Source: Candidatus Eiseniibacteriota bacterium (GTDB taxonomy: Bacteria > Eisenbacteria > RBG-16-71-46 > CAZEPH01). Taken from it: a stretch of DNA of 50,937 bases. How positions within the stretch are numbered: position 1 is the stretch's first letter; each line of letters starts with the position of its first letter. Shown one piece after another: positions 45,374 through 50,937 of this stretch. The notes beneath the pieces are model-generated. The model had not been told where the DNA came from, did not search any database, and saw nothing but the letters and a program-made list of their open reading frames with translations. The position numbers and the translations under genes are program-made. Location: the NCBI GenBank assembly GCA_044229145.1, contig JBGATO010000027.1, positions 1-50,937 on the forward strand, written 5' to 3'.

Positions 45374-45718
45374 CTACTTGCCGGCGACCGGGCGCGCCGC
45401 GCCGGAGCCAGGAGTGATGCCGGTGATGCGGATCTCGCTGTAGTCCGCACGGAAGCCGATGTGACGGCGGTAGTCCTTCCGCCGCTTGAACGTGGCGACC
45501 TCGATCTTCGGGCCACGCATGTGACGGATCAATTCGGCGTCGACGGCGGCGCCGGCCACGGTGGGCGTACCCACGCGGGTGCCACTCTCGTCGGCCACCA
45601 ACAAGACATCTTCGAAACGGAGCGTCGTTCCGGGATCCGCTGCGAGCAGCGGCACGCGAACGACCTGGTCCTTTTGCAGGGTGATTTGCGTCCCCGCGAT
45701 TCGGACGACGGCCTTCAT
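45374..45718 (-). CDS. rplU: 50S ribosomal protein L21
   Basis: ATG 45718 after AAGGAGG. Motifs GTPTVAGA and FKRRKDYRRHIGFR; directly before rpmA. Confidence 0.95.
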   Translation of the reverse strand: MKAVVRIAGTQITLQKDQVVRVPLLAADPGTTLRFEDVLLVADESGTRVGTPTVAGAAVDAELIRHMRGPKIEVATFKRRKDYRRHIGFRADYSEIRITGITPGSGAARPVAGK

Positions 45719-45860
45719 CTGCCTCCTTCGGCCCTGCGCCCAAGTGACTGCGGCACGGGCACTTCGACTCACTCGAGTACCAGGGGCTCCCTTGTCGGCG
45801 CGCACGCGGCTCGTGGCCTCGCGCAGGTCCACCGTCCCCCCTCAATGGATAGAACGCTGG

Positions 45861-45890
45861 AAGGTACCGCGCCGCGGGGTGTCCGGTCAA
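45861..45890 (-). promoter_or_regulatory. Putative sigma70 promoter for rplU-rpmA
   Basis: TTGACC-N18-TACCTT right after the upstream terminator. Confidence 0.55.
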
Positions 45891-45895
45891 GCGCG

Positions 45896-45923
45896 AAAGG
45901 CGGAGAGGCCGTGGCCTCCCCAC
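45896..45923 (-). terminator. Terminator after the small hypothetical gene
   Basis: GTGGGGAGGC-CACG-GCCTCTCCGC (10-bp stem with G-U pairs) followed by CTTT. Confidence 0.55.
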
Positions 45924-45945
45924 CCCCGTGGAACGCGATCCCCCG

Positions 45946-46410
45946 CTACTTCTCGAAGATGAAGAACGGGTCCTTGCCGAACTGCTGCGAGGCCGACGCG
46001 CAATCCGTCGCGCTCGCCTGCTGGACGCCGACCAGATACGCCACCATCACGTAGCGGCCGGGAATCGTGTACGCAGGATCGAGCTGGTAGTCGGCCGAAC
46101 TGCCCGGCGCCGTGGGGGTGCGCGTGATGGCCAACGGCAGCGGCATCGACACCGGCGTGGTGGCGGTATCCACGATGTACGGGAAGGGCTGCAGACAGGG
46201 CGCGTTGGGATCCGGCGCCGGCGGCGTGCTGCCGGGATCGTACTGATCGCCCAGCTTCTGGAAACACTGGACGTATATCGTCATGAAGCTGCTGGCGTTC
46301 GTCCACTTCACGGTGTCGCCGGCTTTCAGGACCTTGATGAGATCGCGCTTGTAGACGGTCACACCGCCGGCGCCGTCATCGCTGACGACGATAGAGAACT
46401 GCGATGGCAT
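45946..46410 (-). CDS. Hypothetical 154-aa beta-rich protein ending DPFFIFEK
   Basis: Strong GGAGGGG RBS, GC3-biased codons, a composition unlike shadow ORFs and a terminator downstream. Confidence 0.85.
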   Translation of the reverse strand: MPSQFSIVVSDDGAGGVTVYKRDLIKVLKAGDTVKWTNASSFMTIYVQCFQKLGDQYDPGSTPPAPDPNAPCLQPFPYIVDTATTPVSMPLPLAITRTPTAPGSSADYQLDPAYTIPGRYVMVAYLVGVQQASATDCASASQQFGKDPFFIFEK

Positions 46411-46411
46411 G

Positions 46412-46467
46412 GGATGTCCCCTCCGACTAGAGACTCCCGCGGCTGGGAGCCGCAGGCGGGGACATCC
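46412..46467 (-). promoter_or_regulatory. RBS-sequestering mRNA hairpin between the TPR gene and the small gene
   Basis: Perfect 10-bp inverted repeat GGATGTCCCC / GGGGACATCC enclosing a 7-bp inner stem. The 3' arm covers part of the SD and the spacer. Confidence 0.55.
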
Positions 46468-46473
46468 GCTCTG

Positions 46474-48501
46474 TCAGGAGTCGGGCGCCCCCGTGGCGTC
46501 GCTTCGCAGGAGGTCGAGCACGGGACGCAGTTCGGGATCGGTCGCGAGCAGGTGGCGCGCCATCGGCGAGCCTTGCACCGGCCGGAGGTAATCGACCGCG
46601 CGGTCGAGGTCACCCAGAATCGTGTACGCACGCCCGACGAGTGCCGGGACCATGGCATCGCCGTCGTGAGGGTTGTCGATCCGCGCCATCCAGTTCCGGG
46701 CCTCTGCCGGACGCCCCAGGAGCGCGTACCAGTTCGCGATACGTCCGATGGCTTCCGGGTCACGCGGATTGACGCGGAGGTAATCGAGTTGCCGCTCGAC
46801 CGCCGCCGCCCACGCCTTGGCCGCCTCGGCGGGCCGTCCCGCCCACTTCAACCCATCGCCGAGATTGCCGCGGTAGTCCGCATGATCCGGTTGCATCGCC
46901 ACGGCGCACGCGAAGAGTTCCGCGGCCTCGGCATAGCGTCCCTGATCGAAGCGGAGGAATCCGAGGCCCGCGTAGAGCATCGCGGTGTGTCCGTGCTTCA
47001 TGCCTTCTGCGTAAGCTCTCTCAGCGTCCTCGTGACGGCCGAGGTGTGACAGCATTCCGGCCCAATTCACCCAATCGCGTGTGCTCCACGGCGCCAATTC
47101 GAGAACGCGCCGCTGAATTTCCTCGGCGCGCACGAAGGCGCCGACCTTCACGAGCGCGAGCGCGGAGCGCCGCAGGCGCCCCCAGTCGTGCCAATGCTCG
47201 CGCACGATGCGATCGACCACCCGTGCCAACAGGCCGATGCGCTGCGTCTTGGCCGCCACAGTAGCAAGCAGCGCAAGCGCGTCGCCGCGCGTCTCCGGCG
47301 AGCGGCGGCATTGCATCAGCGTCCGCACCGCCTCCATGTACTTCCCTTCCAGTTCGAACACGTGCGCGAGCACCAACAAGCGGGCGTCGCGCGATGCATC
47401 GCCGCGCTCCCGCAGGGCGCGCTCCGCGTGCTCTTTTGCCCGCAGCGCCACCTGACCGACCTTCGACATGTCGTACAGCCGCAGCAGCACGCGCGCGAAG
47501 ACCAGGTGGAAATCCGCGTCACCGTCGAACTGTCGCGTCAGCGCCGAGAGCTTCTGATCGAGCCCAGCGAGTTCGTGCGTATCGATGCCTGGCTGCAGGG
47601 CGAGTTGGATTTCGAGGGCGAGCGGGGTGTCGCGGAACCACCCCGCACGCGCGGCCGGACTGCCAGGCAGCGGCGCGCCCAGCGATGGCGCGATGGTTTG
47701 TGCCACCGCGGCCAGCACACGCGCTATCGCACGGACGTCCGCGGGCGTCGCCGGGACATCGCCGTGCGCACAGGGAGTCGCATCGGCGGATTCGAGCACG
47801 AAACGCGCGCGCCAGGCGCGGCTCTCCTCGCGGACGGTGCAGTGGAGGACGTGACTGGCGTGTGCGGTCGCCGCCATGGCCCGCCGCGCGGCCGTGCTCC
47901 GCGGCACGCGTTGCAGGGCAATCAACGGCTCGACGTGCGCGACGGCCCGCAACTCGCCGGCGATGCGCACGCGCAGGTCCTCCCGCAACGCATCCGTCCA
48001 CGCGCGCGCACGTCCCGGTGGTGCCTCGACGTCGAGCGGCGGAATCAACACACGACGGGCGACACCGTCCGCCGCCGCGCCCGCCTGGCGATCGGCGGGA
48101 CGTGCCGCCTTCGCACTGTCCCACCAGCGCGGATCGCCCCAGGCGAACGCCACGACCTGTGACGCGGCCGGAAGCGCGTAGCCCAACACTTCGGCCAGCG
48201 CGATTTCCTCGCACTGCAGAATTGCCAGAGTCGTGGCGCTCTCGACGGCGACATCGATCGCCCCGCGCACCCCCTCGCACGCCAGCGCGGCACGCGTGCC
48301 GAGGATCCAGACATGCGCACCGCGCACGTCGTCCGGGTGGAGCGCCGGGGCGGTCGCTGCGGCTGGCACACGCCGGGCGGACAGCCGTTCCCCGGCTCGC
48401 CGGGCCGCCGCCCGGATTCGCGCCAGATCGGTCGGCCGGTCGCCTGCATGCAACACCCAGATGCGTTCCGCCCCCGGGGTCTGCCGCGCCCGCGCCGCCA
48501 T
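46474..48501 (-). CDS. Multidomain protein: degenerate TIR-like N-terminus, TolB-like domain and C-terminal TPR repeats
   Basis: The TPRs are clear (e.g. GLGFLRFDQGRYAEAAELFACAVAMQPDHADYRGNLGD). TolB-like pattern RRVLIPPL...ASHVLHCTVRE...RARFVL. The TIR-like pattern in about aa 13-115 is judged by eye. Confidence 0.8.
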   Translation of the reverse strand: MAARARQTPGAERIWVLHAGDRPTDLARIRAAARRAGERLSARRVPAAATAPALHPDDVRGAHVWILGTRAALACEGVRGAIDVAVESATTLAILQCEEIALAEVLGYALPAASQVVAFAWGDPRWWDSAKAARPADRQAGAAADGVARRVLIPPLDVEAPPGRARAWTDALREDLRVRIAGELRAVAHVEPLIALQRVPRSTAARRAMAATAHASHVLHCTVREESRAWRARFVLESADATPCAHGDVPATPADVRAIARVLAAVAQTIAPSLGAPLPGSPAARAGWFRDTPLALEIQLALQPGIDTHELAGLDQKLSALTRQFDGDADFHLVFARVLLRLYDMSKVGQVALRAKEHAERALRERGDASRDARLLVLAHVFELEGKYMEAVRTLMQCRRSPETRGDALALLATVAAKTQRIGLLARVVDRIVREHWHDWGRLRRSALALVKVGAFVRAEEIQRRVLELAPWSTRDWVNWAGMLSHLGRHEDAERAYAEGMKHGHTAMLYAGLGFLRFDQGRYAEAAELFACAVAMQPDHADYRGNLGDGLKWAGRPAEAAKAWAAAVERQLDYLRVNPRDPEAIGRIANWYALLGRPAEARNWMARIDNPHDGDAMVPALVGRAYTILGDLDRAVDYLRPVQGSPMARHLLATDPELRPVLDLLRSDATGAPDS

Positions 48502-48503
48502 GC

Positions 48504-50036
48504 TTACCCGCGCACCGCCATCGCCATGTGCGAGAGGTCGGCCTTGGTGCGCTGCGACAGCACGCGCACCTCGTCGCGGCGAACGTCGGGATCGTCGTGG
48601 ATCTCGATCGACAAGTCGTAGCGCGCTTCGAGTTCGGCGAGGCGCTGGCCGGCCTCCTCGAGCAAGTGCACTGCGACCTCCGGGTGCACCCGCAACTCCA
48701 CTGCGCGCTCCTGGCCGCTGATGCCGAGGCGGCGTAGCGCGCGCTCGACCTTGAGTCGGGCAGTCACCAGTGACGGAATCTTGCCGACGCCGCCGCAGGT
48801 CGGACAGTCCTCGCTGAAGTAGTGATACAGCGACGGGCGCTCGCGCTGCCGCGTCATCTCCACCAGTCCGAGGTCCGAGACGTTAAACGTCTTGGTGCGC
48901 GAGCGGTCGCGCTTGAGTTGCGTGCGCAACGCCTCGAGCACCGCGCGCTTGTTCGCCTCGATCTCCATGTCGATGAAGTCGATGACGATGATGCCGCCGA
49001 TGTCGCGCAACCGCAGCTGGCGCGCGATCTCCTTGGCGGCCTCGAGGTTGGTGCGCAGGATCGTTTCTTCCTGGTTCTTCTTGCCGGTGTAGCGGCCCGT
49101 GTTGACGTCGATCGACACCAGCGCTTCGGTGTGGTCGATGACGATGTAGCCGCCGCGCTTGAGCCACACCTTCCGCTCGACCGTCTTCTCGATCTCGCTT
49201 TCGATCTGGTAGGCGTCGAACACGGGTTGCTCGCCACGATAGAGCTTCACGCGGCCGCGCAACTCGGGTGCCGCGGTGCGCATGTACTCGAGTACCGTGC
49301 GGTACTCGGTGGGATCGTCGATGACGAGTTGGTGCACGTCGTCGGTGAACAGGTCGCGCAGCACGCCGGTGGTGATCGCCATTTCCTTGTGGAGGAGCGC
49401 GGGCGCCTTGGATTTGCTGGCGCGGCGCTCGATCTTCTCCCACACCGAGGCGAGGTGCGCGACGTCGTCCTCGACGGCGCTCGCCGGCTTGTCCTCCCCG
49501 ACCGTGCGGACGATCACGCCGCAGCCGCGCGGACGGCAATCGCGCACAATGTCCTTGAGGCGCTGGCGCTCGCCGCGGTCTTCGATCTTGCGCGACACGC
49601 CGATGTGATCGACGCCGGGCAACAGCACACAGAAGCGGCCCGGGATCGACAGCTGCGCGGTGACGCGCGGCCCCTTGGTGCTGATCGGCTCCTTGGTGAT
49701 CTCGACCAGGATCTCCTGGCCTTTCTGCAGGACGTCCTCGATGCGTTCGACGCGCTGGTTGCGGCGGCCGCCGCCGCTCGGCTCGTCGTCGTCGTCGAGA
49801 CCTTCCATTTGACCAGGGAGGTCGCTGACGTGGAGGAATGCGGTTTTCGGCAGGCCCAGGTCGACGAATGCCGCCTGCATGCCCGGCAGGACAGCGGTGA
49901 CGCGGCCCTTGTAGATGTCGCCGACCGAGCGGCGAGAGTCCGCGCGTTCGACCATCAGCTCGACGAGTTCCTTGTCCTCGAGGATGGCGATACGAGTTTC
50001 GCGCGGATCGGCGTTGACGATGATTTCACGAAGCAT
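48504..50036 (-). CDS. rng: Ribonuclease E/G family endoribonuclease (RNase G-length)
   Basis: Motifs GDIYKGRV..VLPGMQAAFVD, IDVNTG, LRDIGGIIVIDFIDM and CPTCGG. Confidence 0.96.
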   Translation of the reverse strand: MLREIIVNADPRETRIAILEDKELVELMVERADSRRSVGDIYKGRVTAVLPGMQAAFVDLGLPKTAFLHVSDLPGQMEGLDDDDEPSGGGRRNQRVERIEDVLQKGQEILVEITKEPISTKGPRVTAQLSIPGRFCVLLPGVDHIGVSRKIEDRGERQRLKDIVRDCRPRGCGVIVRTVGEDKPASAVEDDVAHLASVWEKIERRASKSKAPALLHKEMAITTGVLRDLFTDDVHQLVIDDPTEYRTVLEYMRTAAPELRGRVKLYRGEQPVFDAYQIESEIEKTVERKVWLKRGGYIVIDHTEALVSIDVNTGRYTGKKNQEETILRTNLEAAKEIARQLRLRDIGGIIVIDFIDMEIEANKRAVLEALRTQLKRDRSRTKTFNVSDLGLVEMTRQRERPSLYHYFSEDCPTCGGVGKIPSLVTARLKVERALRRLGISGQERAVELRVHPEVAVHLLEEAGQRLAELEARYDLSIEIHDDPDVRRDEVRVLSQRTKADLSHMAMAVRG

Positions 50037-50937
50037 GAATGGGTCCCCAACCTTCCTCGGCACGCTTGCCGTAGCCCAGCGCGCTGGTCGCGCGAATCGC
50101 GTCGAGCGGACTGATACGGCGGTGCGGGAGAGCAATCCACAGCGCCCGGCGATGCACCGGCACCAAACGCGGGTCACGCGGACCCGCATCGCCGAGCAAC
50201 GCCGCGACGAGCACGTCCGGCCGGACGGCCGCCGCGTGCGCGAGGCGCAGGACGAGAGTGAGCCCGGACTCGGCGAGAGCGAGTTCGAGCACGGACGGAC
50301 GCACATTGACCGGCGGGTCGCCGGCTTTGCGCGCGAGCGGAAATTGCACGGCGGCGAGGCACGCCTCGACGGCCGCGCCGAACGCGGGGGTGAGCACGGC
50401 GGGCAGATCGGCCGCCGGCACGTGATACTCGGCGACGTCGATGCACGCAGTGAGCGAATCGCAGCTGCCGGTGATCGGCACCGCGGTGACGAGATCGAGT
50501 CCGCGCGGCAGCGCGCGCGCCACCGCCGCCGCGAAGTCGCCGCGGAACGGTTCGCGCAGCTCGAGGTCGAGGTATTCGGCGTCGCTCGTCATGCCGAGCG
50601 GCAGCGGCGGGCCGTACGCGATCTTCGGCCGCGGGGTATTGCCCTTCGAGAAGGCCAGCGGCACGTGCGCGCGACGCAATGCGCGGTCGAACGCGCGCCC
50701 GACGTCCAAGTGTCCCGCGAAGCGTACCTCTTCGCGCTTGGCGTACTGCAGGCGCCACTTGAGCGTCATCCCTTCGGCGGCGCTTTCCCGGCGCTTACGT
50801 CGCCCGAACTGTTGCGCGGTGGCGCCTCCTAGCGTGGCACCCGGGGGTGTCGGATCGAACCAGCGCGGCGTCACCGCCGGCAGCGCGTACACGGGCAGCG
50901 GCGTGTCGCGCGGCGCGTCGAGCGCGTACGCTTCCCA
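50026..50937 (-). CDS. Radical SAM-linked DUF2344 (TIGR03936-like) domain protein; frame open to the right edge, probably the C-terminal part of a radical SAM fusion
   Basis: RFAGHLD..RAFDRALRRAHVPLAFSKG..PRPKIAYGPPLPLG..S.AEY.D. No in-frame stop up to 50937. This gene typically sits upstream of rng. Confidence 0.85.
   Translation of the reverse strand, partial: WEAYALDAPRDTPLPVYALPAVTPRWFDPTPPGATLGGATAQQFGRRKRRESAAEGMTLKWRLQYAKREEVRFAGHLDVGRAFDRALRRAHVPLAFSKGNTPRPKIAYGPPLPLGMTSDAEYLDLELREPFRGDFAAAVARALPRGLDLVTAVPITGSCDSLTACIDVAEYHVPAADLPAVLTPAFGAAVEACLAAVQFPLARKAGDPPVNVRPSVLELALAESGLTLVLRLAHAAAVRPDVLVAALLGDAGPRDPRLVPVHRRALWIALPHRRISPLDAIRATSALGYGKRAEEGWGPIHAS

Overview
This is a very GC-rich (roughly 70% by eye) core-chromosome segment of a diderm, LPS-producing bacterium. 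The gene order and a secreted M28 peptidase with a C-terminal FlgD-Ig/T9SS-CTD-like domain suggest the FCB superphylum or a related candidate phylum (inference only). Every gene I can support lies on the minus strand. In transcription order (right to left) they are: a partial radical-SAM-linked DUF2344 gene, rng, a two-gene accessory module (TIR-like/TolB-like/TPR protein plus a small beta-sandwich protein), rplU, rpmA, mdh, kdsB, pyrG, kdsA, kdsC, kdsD, an lpxL-like gene, lptC, lptB, rpoN, hpf, hprK, PTS IIA, PTS IIB (broken), a GH57 glucanotransferase, PTS IIC, PTS IID, ptsH, ptsI, metK, ahcY, ftsK, rimO, a hypothetical gene, bamD, nadD, polA, an aldo/keto reductase, coaE, prfB (+1 frameshift), a phosphomannomutase, mpg, a beta-barrel OMP, trpG, trpD, trpC (internal deletion), trpB (deletion plus frameshift), tRNA-Arg(CCG), ubiE, an M28 peptidase, a hypothetical gene, a UbiA prenyltransferase, a nucleotide-sugar dehydrogenase and a partial response regulator. 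The best novelty candidates are (1) the rng-rplU insert, an apparently catalytically dead TIR-TolB-TPR sensor paired with a small orphan protein whose ribosome-binding site is locked in a hairpin just after the sensor's stop codon, (2) a GH57 enzyme embedded in a mannose-family PTS operon, and (3) a homogentisate-prenyltransferase-like UbiA near a UbiE methylase. Three or four clean internal deletions (trpB, trpC, PTS IIB, probably trpA) may be real decay or collapsed assembly gaps. I found no CRISPR array, rRNA or mobile element. All family calls come from motif recognition, not database searches.
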